Made by a program: the position numbers and the translations under genes | Shown here: in pieces, positions 9,288 through 19,788 of the stretch | Position numbering within the stretch: position 1 is the stretch's first letter | Layout: the number at the start of each line of letters is the position of its first letter | Notes under the pieces: generated by a model | Told to the model about the DNA's origin: nothing | The model's database searches: none | The model's input: the letters and a program-made list of their open reading frames with translations, nothing else | Source of the DNA: Nitrospirales bacterium | GTDB taxonomy: Bacteria > Nitrospirota > Nitrospiria > Nitrospirales > UBA8639 | Direction: 5' to 3' | Length of the DNA stretch: 64,000 nucleotides | NCBI GenBank assembly: GCA_965203295.1 | Contig: CBDBCZ010000019.1 | Span: 1,536,001 to 1,600,000, forward strand

Positions 9288-10481
9288 ATGAATACGACTC
9301 AAGAATCATTCTTGTCGAGTTTCTTCAAGCTTGAATCTGCGGGCGGCATCATTCTCATGTTCGCGACGTTGCTTGCAGTGATGTTCGCAAATACACCTTT
9401 ACAGTCTTATTACGCTTTGCTGCTTGATACTCCTGTAGAGATTCAGATCGGTGCTCTTGAAGTCGTAAAACTTTTATTACTCTGGATCAACGATAGTTTG
9501 ATGGCCATATTCTTTTTTCTCGTTGGCTTGGAGTTAAAAAGAGAGTTTGTTGAAGGTGAACTTTCAGATACACAAAATATTATTCTGCCTGGGGTAGGTG
9601 CAATTGGGGGCATGCTGGTTCCAGCGTTCATTTATAGCTATTTTAATATTAGTGATTCCACCGCTCTGAAGGGCTGGGCGATTCCGGCAGCCACTAATAT
9701 TGCTTTTGCACTAGGCGTCTTATCTTTGTTGGGTTCGCGAGTGCCTATTGCCATAAAAATATTTCTTACCTCTGTGGCGATTTTTGATGATGTTGGAGCA
9801 ATATTAATCATCGCGTTGTTTTACATGGCCAAAATCTCTTTGATTGCGCTGGCAGTAGTCATGTTTTGCATTCCGATCTTGGCATTATTGAATAAGCGCA
9901 ATATTGAATCGAAAAGTTTGTATTTACTGGTTGGTCTTGTCATGTAGGTGGCCATGTTGAAATCTGGTGTTCATGCAACATTGACCGGTGTGATCTTGGC
10001 TATGTTCATTCCAATGAAGTCAGAAATAGACGCTCAATATTCGCCTTTAAAAAGCATGGAACATGACCTGCATTATGTTGTGGCATTTTGTATTTTTCCA
10101 GTTTTTGCGTTTGCTAACGCAGGTGTTAACTTTTTCGGGGTAGGGACTGAATAACTTCTTCACAGCGTCCCATTGGGTATTGCATTTGGTTTGTTTATCG
10201 GAAAGCAAGCAGGTATTTTTGGCTTTTGTTGGTTTGCTATTAAGCTGAAACTAGCCAGGCTATCCAAGGAGATGTCTTGGATTTCCTTGTACGGAACGGC
10301 GGCTTTATGTGGCATTGGTTTTACGATGAGTCTGTTTATAGGGTCACTCGCTTTTGAGGAAACTGACGTCAATCTTTTGTTTGATGAGCGGCTCGGTATT
10401 ATTTTTGGCTCGTTAGCTTCAGGCCTTGTCGGATATGTAGCGTTACGTGTGAGTTTGCGTTCTAATACACCAGTCGTTTAG
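9288..10481 (+). pseudogene. nhaA: Na+/H+ antiporter NhaA with two in-frame stops
   Basis: GWAIPAAT(N)[37 protein letters not shown] at 9945-9947 and TAA at 10152-10154, all in one frame. Confidence 0.9.
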
Positions 10482-10762
10482 GACGTTTACAAGTTCACGT
10501 CTCCAATGCTTCGTACGAGAAATCAACGTTCAACAACATGAGCAATTAGCACGCATCGAAGATTGCCTGAATATCCTTTAAAGTTGAAGGTGAATCAGAG
10601 TAAATGACTTCTGCCCAATGCAACCTTTTGGTTTAGGACTAAGGTATCTTAGTAGTGATTTGAAAGGCAGAAAGCTAGTTCATAAGCCAAAACAGAAACC
10701 ATGCTTGCAGTTAGCAGATTTTTGGCAGGAATCTATGCTTGAGGATCAACTAGGGCGTTTTC

Positions 10763-11149
10763 TTATCCACTTTTCTTGCTCGCGTTTTTGCAGACCTTCC
10801 CGTCGAATTCTTTGCAAGATGACTCTCCACTAGCGAGTTTCCAAGACTTGATGACTGGAGGATTGGGCTTGCCCCTAAAGACGATGGTGAGGTCAATTAA
10901 TGAGCCAACCTGAAGTTTCGTTAAATGTAGTTTGGCAGCTTCTGAGGCTTCGACCCACATGACGCCTCCGCTCGTTGAGACACGAATGAACCCTTTCCCA
11001 TTGTGGTCAGGAATAATCTGAATGATAGGACTGTAAATACTGACCTCTTTGCCAGGCACATCTTCTAAGGCCAAGCAAATCCCACCTGTCAACAATAAGA
11101 CTGCACTGATCATAAAAAGCGAGGGAAGAAGAAGTGGCAAGGTCCGCAT
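10763..11149 (-). CDS. Hypothetical secreted protein
   Basis: 128-aa ORF, RBS AGGAG, hydrophobic signal peptide. Confidence 0.6.
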   Translation of the reverse strand: MRTLPLLLPSLFMISAVLLLTGGICLALEDVPGKEVSIYSPIIQIIPDHNGKGFIRVSTSGGVMWVEASEAAKLHLTKLQVGSLIDLTIVFRGKPNPPVIKSWKLASGESSCKEFDGKVCKNASKKSG

Positions 11150-11249
11150 AGGAGTCTCCTGGTTGGAAAAGAAATTAAATCATTGGATGCATTATTGCAC
11201 CCTAAATTGTCTCAACTCAAGCTTCTGTCACAAGCATTGGATGTATCCA

Positions 11250-11759
11250 CTATGAGGATTTATTAACCGGTATTTCAGTAGCTTGGAATTCCCGAATTTG
11301 GTAGGCGCGAATCTGCGGATCTTGTTTTTTTTCGAGGGAAATAATCACATGGAAAGGCTCTGGGATATTCAATTTTTCGCGATAGTTTTCAAATTCCATG
11401 GCGATTTTAATATCAGTAATGGACGGGTGAGCTGGGCTAAAGGTGTGGGAATGATAGAAGGCGAGTAACGTCATGCCTTTCTGACGAATGTCCTTTTGAG
11501 CGAGTGACATTTCTTGAGCGTCCATTTGAAAGGCGATATCGGCTCGTTCCTCAGGAGAGAGCTGCTGCAGATCCGATAACTTCTCCTGATCAAAACGAGC
11601 CAACTCGGCTTCACTCATTGTGGCAAGGATATTCGTAATTTTATAATGTTCGGTGGCCTGCCCATTTACACCAGCTAAAATTCCACAACATTCGTGGGGA
11701 TCAAGGACATGAGCATGTTCGACCATATCCCGGATGATGTGCGTGGGGATGGTGAGCAT
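11250..11759 (-). CDS. JAB/Mov34 (M67) metallopeptidase, Mec+/HcyD-like
   Basis: PHECCGIL ... FYHSHTFSPAHPSITD matches the JAMM motif E-xn-HxH-x7-S-x2-D. Confidence 0.85.
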   Translation of the reverse strand: MLTIPTHIIRDMVEHAHVLDPHECCGILAGVNGQATEHYKITNILATMSEAELARFDQEKLSDLQQLSPEERADIAFQMDAQEMSLAQKDIRQKGMTLLAFYHSHTFSPAHPSITDIKIAMEFENYREKLNIPEPFHVIISLEKKQDPQIRAYQIREFQATEIPVNKSS

Positions 11760-11765
11760 ACGGTG

Positions 11766-12566
11766 TTACACGCTACAAGAGACGTGGTGTTCTTGAAGGG
11801 TTGTGATGGAAGGGTTTGATCTGCAAAGTGGGCATTGAGGATCTTTGGGACGGCCGACCTTACGGAATTTCATCTCAAGGGCGTCATAGATAAGCAACCG
11901 ATCAGCGAGCGTTTCCCCAAGTCCTAAAATTTCTTTTATCACTTCGTTGGCTTGGAGCACACCGATCGTTCCGGCGAGAACTCCCAAAACCCCAGCCTCT
12001 TGGCAATTGGGCACTAGGCCAGCAGGAGGAGGTTCCGGATAAAGACACCGATAGCAGGGGAAGCCTTCGTGAGGTTTGATGGTCGTCAACTGACCTTCGA
12101 ATCGAAAAATACTCCCCGAGACCAATGTTTTTTTCGCAAAATAACAGGCATCGTTCACTAAAAATCTTGTGCCAAAATTATCAGAACCATCAAGCACAAC
12201 GTCGTAGGATTCGAGGATGCCCATAATATTGTCGGCATTAATGTGTTCACCGTAGGTCTTGACCGTGACTTCAGGATTCAAAGCCGATAACATAGTGCTT
12301 CCAGATTGCACTTTGGGTGTGCCCACGGTTGAGGTCGTATGTAAAATCTGGCGCTGAAGATTCGAAAGATCGACCACATCCCCATCGACTAAACCCAAGG
12401 TTCCAATTCCTGCAGCCGCCAAGTACAAGGCTGCGGGAGACCCTAATCCACCCGCACCAATAACTAGCACTTTTGCTTCACAAAGCTTCTGCTGGCCTTT
12501 GCCACCCACATCAGACAAAATGATGTGTCGGCTGTAGCGTTCAATTTGTTCGTCGGTAAGATCCAT
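11766..12566 (-). CDS. moeB: ThiF/MoeB (E1-like) adenylyltransferase, copy 2
   Basis: RYSRHIIL, GAGGLGSP, SNLQRQ, CYRC, NCQEAG, CPLC; no rhodanese domain. Confidence 0.85.
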   Translation of the reverse strand: MDLTDEQIERYSRHIILSDVGGKGQQKLCEAKVLVIGAGGLGSPAALYLAAAGIGTLGLVDGDVVDLSNLQRQILHTTSTVGTPKVQSGSTMLSALNPEVTVKTYGEHINADNIMGILESYDVVLDGSDNFGTRFLVNDACYFAKKTLVSGSIFRFEGQLTTIKPHEGFPCYRCLYPEPPPAGLVPNCQEAGVLGVLAGTIGVLQANEVIKEILGLGETLADRLLIYDALEMKFRKVGRPKDPQCPLCRSNPSITTLQEHHVSCSV

Positions 12567-12578
12567 AGGAGAGAATGC

Positions 12579-12818
12579 GCACTCTACAAAGTTTAACTCA
12601 ATAGGATCGACTAACACGCTTTTGTTTCTAATTCCTTCAATCGCACGTTCGATTTACTCAGTTTCGCCTGAGAATTCAACATCCATCCATCCTGTTGTTT
12701 CACGGACATCGGCACGGCGAATACTTGTCACGACCTGATATTCATGGCCAATTTTATAAATAATAGGTTCAGGGATTTTTTCTTCAAGGAATCGGATATG
12801 AAACCTGAGTTTGGTCAT
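12579..12818 (-). pseudogene. NIL-domain protein with an in-frame TAA
   Basis: [70 protein letters not shown] at 12654-12656; not in the ORF track. Confidence 0.7.
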
Positions 12819-13093
12819 GATGATCCCCCAGCAATAGCAGGGACAATCGAAACTTCATCACCTTCTTTGAGTGGCGTATCTTTCCCAGTCAAAAAGCGAA
12901 TATCTTCTTCGTTCACATAAATGTTAATAAACCGTCGAAGATCACCCTTTTCGTCACACAAACGATCTTTAATGCCAAGATGTGATGAATTCAGATGTTC
13001 GATCATTTCACCAACACTTCCTCCTTTGACCTCAATCTCTCCCTTTCCTCCAGTCATGGGTCTCAATGGAGTCGGAATACGTACCTTGATCAT
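12815..13093 (-). CDS. MoaD/CysO-like ubiquitin-like sulfur carrier
   Basis: VRIPTPLR...[14 protein letters not shown]...[15 protein letters not shown]. Confidence 0.9.
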   Translation of the reverse strand: MIKVRIPTPLRPMTGGKGEIEVKGGSVGEMIEHLNSSHLGIKDRLCDEKGDLRRFINIYVNEEDIRFLTGKDTPLKEGDEVSIVPAIAGGSS

Positions 13094-14328
13094 GAATTCC
13101 CCTGTTGTCCAAAAGTTTGTTCAAATTTAGAAAGACTTGGCGGAATTCGGATTGGCCGGCCAACAGCTTCATTCACCGCTTCCGGTGTTTTGAGTCCATT
13201 GCCGGTGATATAGGCTATGGTCACATCGTTCTTTTTGATAATTCCTTGTTTGGCTAATTTCCTTAGAACTCCGACTGTCACCCCACCGGCGGTTTCCGCA
13301 AAAATGCCCTCTGTTTGTGCTAACAGCTTAATGCCATCGACAACCTCGTCATCCGTGACAGAGTCCATAACCCCCTGACTTTCTGCGACGGTTTTAAGGG
13401 CATAATATCCATCAGCAGGATTTCCGATAGCGAGAGATTTCACAATCGTATGAGGTTTGACTGGCTTAAAAAAATCTCTTTTTTCCTTAAAAGCTGTGGA
13501 GATAGGCGAACAGCCTTCTGCCTGGGCTCCATGAACCCTTGTGGAGACCTCTTTGAGGAGATCAACCTTTTTAAACTCGTTTAGGCCCTTCCATATCTTG
13601 GTCAGTAACGAGCCCGATGCCATAGGAACAACGACGTGATCTGGAGCACGCCAACCTAATTGTTCAACCGTTTCAAAGGCAAGGGTCTTTGAACCCTCAG
13701 CATAGTATGGTCGAATGTTCACATTCACAAATGCCCAACGACGTTCACCAGCAATTTCACTGCAAAGCCGGTTCACATCATCATAGGTGCCCTCGATTTC
13801 CACCACTTTGGGTCGGTAAATGAGATTGCCAAGGACTTTCGCGGCTTCCAAATCGCCTGGAATAAATACATAACACTGCATCCCTGCTTGAGCAGCATGG
13901 GCGGCTACCGAATTTGCCAAATTTCCAGTTGAGGCACAGGCGGTAGTTTCATAACCTAGTTCTCGAGCGCGGGTTAACGCCACCGCAACAACTCGGTCTT
14001 TAAACGAAAGAGTAGGATGATTGACACAATCATTCTTGATGTACAATTCATCGATACCCAAGAAGGCCCCAAGATTTTTTGCCCGGACAAGTGGAGTGAA
14101 CCCCGCATGTATGCCAACGGTTCCAACGCCTTCAACCGGGAGGAGATCGCTATATCTCCACAGGCTTAAAGGACCGGATTGGATTTTCTGTCGTGAAATC
14201 GTGTCCTTAATTTCCTCGTAGTTATATTTCACTTCTAAAGGGCCAAAACATAATTCACAGACGTGAATCGCTTCGGTGGGATATTCCTTTGCACATTCAC
14301 GACAGATAAGGGCTTTCATTTTTGCCAT
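13090..14328 (-). CDS. thrC: Threonine synthase-like PLP enzyme
   Basis: N-terminal CxxC...Cxx[25 protein letters not shown]; start at MAKMKALIC. Confidence 0.85.
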   Translation of the reverse strand: MAKMKALICRECAKEYPTEAIHVCELCFGPLEVKYNYEEIKDTISRQKIQSGPLSLWRYSDLLPVEGVGTVGIHAGFTPLVRAKNLGAFLGIDELYIKNDCVNHPTLSFKDRVVAVALTRARELGYETTACASTGNLANSVAAHAAQAGMQCYVFIPGDLEAAKVLGNLIYRPKVVEIEGTYDDVNRLCSEIAGERRWAFVNVNIRPYYAEGSKTLAFETVEQLGWRAPDHVVVPMASGSLLTKIWKGLNEFKKVDLLKEVSTRVHGAQAEGCSPISTAFKEKRDFFKPVKPHTIVKSLAIGNPADGYYALKTVAESQGVMDSVTDDEVVDGIKLLAQTEGIFAETAGGVTVGVLRKLAKQGIIKKNDVTIAYITGNGLKTPEAVNEAVGRPIRIPPSLSKFEQTFGQQGNS

Positions 14329-14353
14329 GTTCTTTGTTCCCTTATTGCACCTG

Positions 14354-15181
14354 CTATGAGACTCCCACAGTACCGGAAGATGGCAATTTACAGGCTTCTT
14401 GTTCATGGTCAAAGAGTTTAGTAATTTCTGAATGAGGCCCACACAAAATACAGTTTGAGTTTCGCTTGACTTTTATTTCCCGGAAGCCTGTTTTGCGAGC
14501 ATCAAAATCCAAAAAACGGTTCGTCAATGGTTGCCCGATTCCCAGAATAAATTTTAAGGCTTCTGTCGCCTGAATAGAACCAATGATTCCAGCCACAACA
14601 CCGATAATCCCGGCTTCCTGACAACTGGCCACAAGGCCAGGAGGTGGCGGATTTTTAAAGACACATCGCAAACACGCAGACTCCTTGGGTTTAATCGAAA
14701 ACACTCGTCCTTCAAAACGTAAAATACCTCCATGCACCAAAGGTTTATCAGCAAAATAACAGGCATCGTTGAGAAGAAATTTCGTGGGGAAATTATCAGC
14801 GCCATCGATCACGACATCATATTTCCCGATTATTTCCAGTGCATTGTGAGCAGCCAATCGGTCTTCATATTGGACAACCTTGACGTCGGGATTCAACGCG
14901 TAAATTTTTTCAGTCGCGGACAAAACCTTTGAACGACCAACGTCGGGAGTATGATGAAGAATCTGTCGTTGGAGGTTTGACAGATCTACAACATCGCTAT
15001 CGATCAACCCAATGGTATCGATACCTGCAGCAGCCAGGTATAAAGCAGCGGGAGATCCAAGCCCTCCGGCTCCTACGACGAAGACGCTGGCCTGGGCCAA
15101 CTTTTTTTGTCCTTTTCCGCCTACTTCGGGAAGAAGTATATGGCGGCTATATCGAGTTATTTGTTCGTCAGTAAAATTCAT
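14354..15181 (-). CDS. moeB: ThiF/MoeB (E1-like) adenylyltransferase, copy 1
   Basis: RYSRHILL, GAGGLGSP, SNLQRQ, CLRC, SCQEAG, CILC. Confidence 0.85.
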   Translation of the reverse strand: MNFTDEQITRYSRHILLPEVGGKGQKKLAQASVFVVGAGGLGSPAALYLAAAGIDTIGLIDSDVVDLSNLQRQILHHTPDVGRSKVLSATEKIYALNPDVKVVQYEDRLAAHNALEIIGKYDVVIDGADNFPTKFLLNDACYFADKPLVHGGILRFEGRVFSIKPKESACLRCVFKNPPPPGLVASCQEAGIIGVVAGIIGSIQATEALKFILGIGQPLTNRFLDFDARKTGFREIKVKRNSNCILCGPHSEITKLFDHEQEACKLPSSGTVGVS

Positions 15182-15262
15182 GGATACTGTTATTTTAAAG
15201 ACTCAACGGAGGGCAATCAAGATCCTACGACCCATAATCCTTCCTGAGTCCCATTGTATTAT

Positions 15263-16192
15263 TTAAATGTTGAAATATTTTTCAATACTCAGGTACCGCT
15301 CCCCGGTATCACACAGTACGGTCACGACAGTTTGATCAGGCCCTAATTCTTGAGCCACTTGTTGAGCGGCAAACACATTCGCCCCCGCTGAAATACCAAC
15401 CAATAGCCCTTCCTTTTTAGCCAACAACTTGGTGGTTTGATAGGCTTGTTCGTCAGTGATGGTCAATACGCGGTCGAGAATTGAGCGATTCAAGACATCG
15501 GGAATAAAGCCAGCACCAATCCCTTGAATTTTATGCGGTCCGGGGTCTCCACCCGATAGAATAGGAGATCCAGTCGGTTCTACGGCAATCACCCGGATCG
15601 AAGGATTGCGTTCTTTAAAAACTTCCCCACAGCCGGTAATTGTTCCACCTGTTCCGACCGCAGCGACAAAGGCGTTAATACGTCCTTCTAATGCATCCCA
15701 AATCTCCAATGCTGTGGTTTTCCGATGTATGGCCGGGTTCGCTGGATTGGAAAACTGATTGGGCATGAAATAATCAGGATTTTGAGTGACGATGCTTTCA
15801 GCTTCTTTAATAGACCCTTTCATCCCATCCCAAGCCGGTGTTAAAATGAGTTGTGCCCCATAGGACGAAAGCAAACTTGCCCGTTCCATACTCATACTTT
15901 CCGGCATGACTAATATCAGTTTATATCCACGAACCGCAGAAACGAGGGCCAATCCAATACCCGTATTGCCGCTCGTCGGTTCGACAATGGTTCCTCCAGG
16001 TTTGAGACTTCCGTCCTTCTCTGCCTCGTCGATCATGTTGAGGCAGATTCGGTCTTTGACACTTCCCCCAGGGTTAAAGAATTCAACTTTGGCATAAATC
16101 GTTGCTGTTCCCTCTGGAGAGAGGTGATTCAGCCGAACCAAAGGGGTATTTCCAATGCCATCTGTTATCTGCGGTAAGAATAGACTTTTCAC
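15263..16192 (-). CDS. cysK: Cysteine synthase
   Basis: NPGGSVKDR, EPTSGNTG, GTGGT, HKIQGIG, DTGERYLS. Confidence 0.93.
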   Translation of the reverse strand: MKSLFLPQITDGIGNTPLVRLNHLSPEGTATIYAKVEFFNPGGSVKDRICLNMIDEAEKDGSLKPGGTIVEPTSGNTGIGLALVSAVRGYKLILVMPESMSMERASLLSSYGAQLILTPAWDGMKGSIKEAESIVTQNPDYFMPNQFSNPANPAIHRKTTALEIWDALEGRINAFVAAVGTGGTITGCGEVFKERNPSIRVIAVEPTGSPILSGGDPGPHKIQGIGAGFIPDVLNRSILDRVLTITDEQAYQTTKLLAKKEGLLVGISAGANVFAAQQVAQELGPDQTVVTVLCDTGERYLSIEKYFNI

Positions 16193-16389
16193 GCCCCTCC
16201 ACCCATATAAAAGAGAAATTCGAGTTTATCTCCGTCTTTCACAGAAGTGGCCCCTAATTGATCCCTTTCCACCATCTGAGTGTTTAATTCCACAGCAACC
16301 ATATGCGGATCAATTTCCTTGACTTTCAGGACATCCAAGACAGTCGAACCATGTATATCTTCGGGTTTTCCATTAATTGTTAATTGCAT
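16189..16389 (-). CDS. thiS: ThiS-family sulfur carrier
   Basis: 66 aa; VAVELN...KDGDKLEFLFYMGGG-A. Confidence 0.85.
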   Translation of the reverse strand: MQLTINGKPEDIHGSTVLDVLKVKEIDPHMVAVELNTQMVERDQLGATSVKDGDKLEFLFYMGGGA

Positions 16390-16481
16390 GAGATACTCCG
16401 TAGATTATCCTAGATTCAATGGAATTCACCGTAACAAATTACTTATTATTTAGTCAAGAAAATCAAGGGATCCTGCATGCT

Positions 16482-17207
16482 CTACAGCAATTGTGGAATG
16501 AGATCTTTGGCTCGTCCTTGAACGGAAATGTCCACTAAAGAGGAATGCGGGGTAGTATCCAAATTGAATTCAGCAACAAAAGCACCTTGCTCTTTGGCAA
16601 TCGGCCCAAAAGAGGCTGCAGGATACACCAGACCTGACGTGCCGATGATGAGTAACACATCACAGGAACGAAGGGCCTCAGTACTGTCGGCGAGGTCCTG
16701 AGGGTTTAGCGACTCACCAAACCAAACAATGTGCGGACGAACAAGACCCTGGCAAATGGAACACGTTGGTAGAATCGGAATAGGCACGTCCTCGTTCGCC
16801 TGAATGTTTCTGCAAGATGTACATCGAACTTTCCAAATATTCCCATGAATTTCCGAGAGCTTTTGTGAGCCAGCTTTGGGGTGAAGGCCATCGACGTTCT
16901 TGGTAATGAGCCAAAATCGCTCAAAGAGCTCCTCCAACTGAACAAGGGCTAAGTGGGCAGGATTCGGTTCCTTTGCTGCAATCAATTCCCGACGCCAATT
17001 GTACCACTCCCACACCAATCGTGGGTCTCGGTCAAAGGCTTCTAGAGAGGCCAACTCCTCAGATCTGAAATCCTTCCATAATCCTTCTTTTCCACGAAAA
17101 GTCGGAACCCCGCTATCAGCCGAAATCCCAGCCCCTGTTAACACAGTAACGGAGTGAGCTTGTCGTAATCGATCGCGGACAGTTTGAAGGGCGCTTATCG
17201 AATCCAT
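16482..17207 (-). CDS. cobB: NAD-dependent deacylase (sirtuin)
   Basis: TGAGISADSGVPTFRG, NVDGLH, HG, two CxxC, RPHIVWFGE, IGTS. Confidence 0.9.
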   Translation of the reverse strand: MDSISALQTVRDRLRQAHSVTVLTGAGISADSGVPTFRGKEGLWKDFRSEELASLEAFDRDPRLVWEWYNWRRELIAAKEPNPAHLALVQLEELFERFWLITKNVDGLHPKAGSQKLSEIHGNIWKVRCTSCRNIQANEDVPIPILPTCSICQGLVRPHIVWFGESLNPQDLADSTEALRSCDVLLIIGTSGLVYPAASFGPIAKEQGAFVAEFNLDTTPHSSLVDISVQGRAKDLIPQLL

Positions 17208-17256
17208 GAGTTCTAAGTTAGAGTTTTTCCAGACAGTGGCAGAAATTCGCGTCCAT

Positions 17257-18425
17257 CTACCTCTTGCCGTCCAAATTAGGCTGCAGAAATGAGGTAATCC
17301 CAAAGAGCCATCCAGGAAACCCTCTTCCCCCTATACAAAATTGTGAACTAAGTCCTGCTGCGACCATACATTCCCATCCGAATGGCACATATCCAGCATA
17401 TCCAAGAATAGGCATTTCAAAAATCTGAAAACGTTGCACAAAAGAGATAGGGTAAATCCATTTTGCTGCACTGTGAAAGTTCCACATCTCCCAGAAAAAC
17501 CCGCACATCAAAATGGCCATGGCAGGGAGATACACAGTCTCCCAATTCCCTTGGGCTATGCCTGAAAAGACCATATCCTCATTCCATAAAACTTGCAGGG
17601 AGAGCACCACCAGCAAAGGTGCGATTTAAATTAGAGGAAAAGAAAGCTTGGCCATCGCGCAAGACCTAATAGCCCAAAGGATCCCAGAAAGAGCGTGACA
17701 TAAGCGATAGAGCGTTTATTGAAAATCTGCTGAGGTTGATGGTCGAGCCTCGTCTGAAGTTGTTGAAAAGATGACAGCCATTCCGTCGTACTCAGGACTG
17801 CAGGAAGGACTGTGGAGAAGGCAATGGTGCTATGAAGAGTATAGACAAGTGGAGAAAAATCTTGAACCCCAACGTAGTGCCAGTTTTGAACCAGCCGATT
17901 GAGAAACTCAAAGTACCGCCAAAACATGGCACTCGATGGGAATAAAATCAAGAAAAATCCTGGCCGTGTGGCAAGCAAACACCTTCCAGATCGTGCATAA
18001 GTATGAGAATTGATGAAAACAATGTACGAAAGCCACAGCGGAGTAAACGTGAAGGTTTGAAATTTCTCAAACCAGGCCATCCGTCCCCAGGCCAAAGTCC
18101 ATGTGGCACTTAAGAGGCCTAAAGCAAGCCAGCCCCACCAGGGAAACGAGAGACTTTGGGGTGTGACTACAGAGATGTGCCTTTTTTTATAATGGAGAAA
18201 AAAGAGGAATATGAACATTCCCAAGAACATCAACTCAAGAATGGCGAGAACACCGAATACTTGCCAAGAGAACGGCGCATGGATGACGTGCGGTTTAGTC
18301 GGTGGGAATTCTAAATATGGCTCAAGAATATTTTGGGATAAGACAAGGCCAATTAACGGCAGACCGCTCAGAAGGAGGAAAAGGACGACAAGTCTGATCG
18401 AGAGTCTTTGGAATAGGCCCATCAT
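17257..18425 (-). pseudogene. Polytopic membrane protein, split
   Basis: Two hydrophobic ORFs joined by a frameshift and a stop near 17625-17640; repeated WEMWN/FEFLN...W.Y motifs and FEMPILGYAGYVPFG. Confidence 0.65.
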
Positions 18426-18633
18426 TCTATCTTGCTTATCATATTCATACGTAAAACTGGGGCTTCAGATAACGAACAGTATCAGATGAGGCAGGGAATG
18501 CCTGCTACACATAGGGATGCGCAATCGACAGTTTTCTTGCAACCCTAATGGGCCTTATCGACTGAATGAGGTAGCTGAAAACAGGAAAGGATGAGACGAA
18601 GTGGACTGTACGATCCTCAGAAATCGTGGGGTC

Positions 18634-19359
18634 TTAGACCTCACCAAGGTATCGCTCCAGCAAACTCCAATAGTCACGGATCCGTTTAACATAACGGATA
18701 GGCTCATATCCTCGAGCATATCCGTATGGGAGGGTTTTATAATATTTCTTTTGGGCTAAGAGTGGAAGGACGGTCTTCAAGTCATCCCAACGATAGGGGT
18801 TCTTGTTGAATTTCCGGGCCAGGGTCTGCGCATCCTTTATGTGCCCCATTCCAACATTATAGGCAGCGAGGGCTATCCATATTCGATCGTATTTGGGAAT
18901 AAATTTGGGAACCTGTTTTTCTAAATAGGCATAATAGCGTGCGCCCCCATCAATGCTCTGGATTGGGTCTAGACGATTTTCGATACCCAAGGAGGATGCA
19001 GTATTTCGTGTGAGCATCATGAGGCCTCGAACGCCTGTGGGACTCTTTGCCTTATGGTTCCATCTAGATTCCTGATAAGCTTGCGAGGCCAAGAGTGTCC
19101 ATGGTATCCCGTTTTCTTGGGCGGCTTTTTCAAATTGCTTTTGATACCTGGGGAGCTTTATATCGATGTCGAATCTAAACCGTTTTTCATCCAGCCATGG
19201 GAGTGAAGTCTTTATGGTTGTGACTTTTAGGGTTGGTTTGGTAGAAACCTGAGCGATTTGTTGGGAGTTTGAGTCGTTCCATAGAGCCATCAGGGTCAGA
19301 GGTGAAAGAAGAAGGACGCAGGCCCCGAGGACTTTAGTGAGTTCTTTCAAGACAGGCAT
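18634..19359 (-). CDS. Lytic transglycosylase, MltF-type SLT domain
   Basis: AYQESRW, GVRGLMMLT, ALAAYNVGMGH, YGYARGYEP. Confidence 0.85.
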   Translation of the reverse strand: MPVLKELTKVLGACVLLLSPLTLMALWNDSNSQQIAQVSTKPTLKVTTIKTSLPWLDEKRFRFDIDIKLPRYQKQFEKAAQENGIPWTLLASQAYQESRWNHKAKSPTGVRGLMMLTRNTASSLGIENRLDPIQSIDGGARYYAYLEKQVPKFIPKYDRIWIALAAYNVGMGHIKDAQTLARKFNKNPYRWDDLKTVLPLLAQKKYYKTLPYGYARGYEPIRYVKRIRDYWSLLERYLGEV

Positions 19360-19611
19360 AAAGATGACCTCTCGTATATTTTTCTTCTATAGTTCTTAGG
19401 GGGAGTTAAAGATAGTCCCCTCACTTTTGAAAATGAGGGAACTCAAGTTAGTTCTAGATAATTAGCGCAATTTTCTCATGTTTGACCTCTCTTGGGCAAG
19501 AGAAAATTTGAAAAAATTTTCATCCAATTTTCCCTTTTTCTATTCGAACAAAGTGAGCTAGACGGATGGGATGAACCTACTTCCAGATTTAAAGAAAAAC
19601 CTATAGATAAG

Positions 19612-19782
19612 TAGTGTCCGGTTAAATTTTGTCCGAACTGAAATTATTTCAATGGCGTCATAGGGTTATAGCAATATAGATGGCGTTATCGACTTGAACA
19701 CCGCGTAACGTGGATAAGTACTTTTTTATAGTTAGTCCCTTAAACTTTCCAAATAGTTCATTTTAAGTTTAACCGGACAGTT
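19612..19782. mobile_element. MITE-like element with terminal inverted repeats
   Basis: TAGTGTCCGGTTAAATTT ... AAGTTTAACCGGACAGTT (12-bp perfect core), AT-rich interior, no ORF. Confidence 0.65.
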
Positions 19783-19788
19783 ATAACC

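Noticed and set aside
16400..16460. Rrf2 (IscR/CymR-like) site upstream of the sulfur operon
   Set aside because: A TTGACT box and AT-rich symmetry are present but too degenerate to call.
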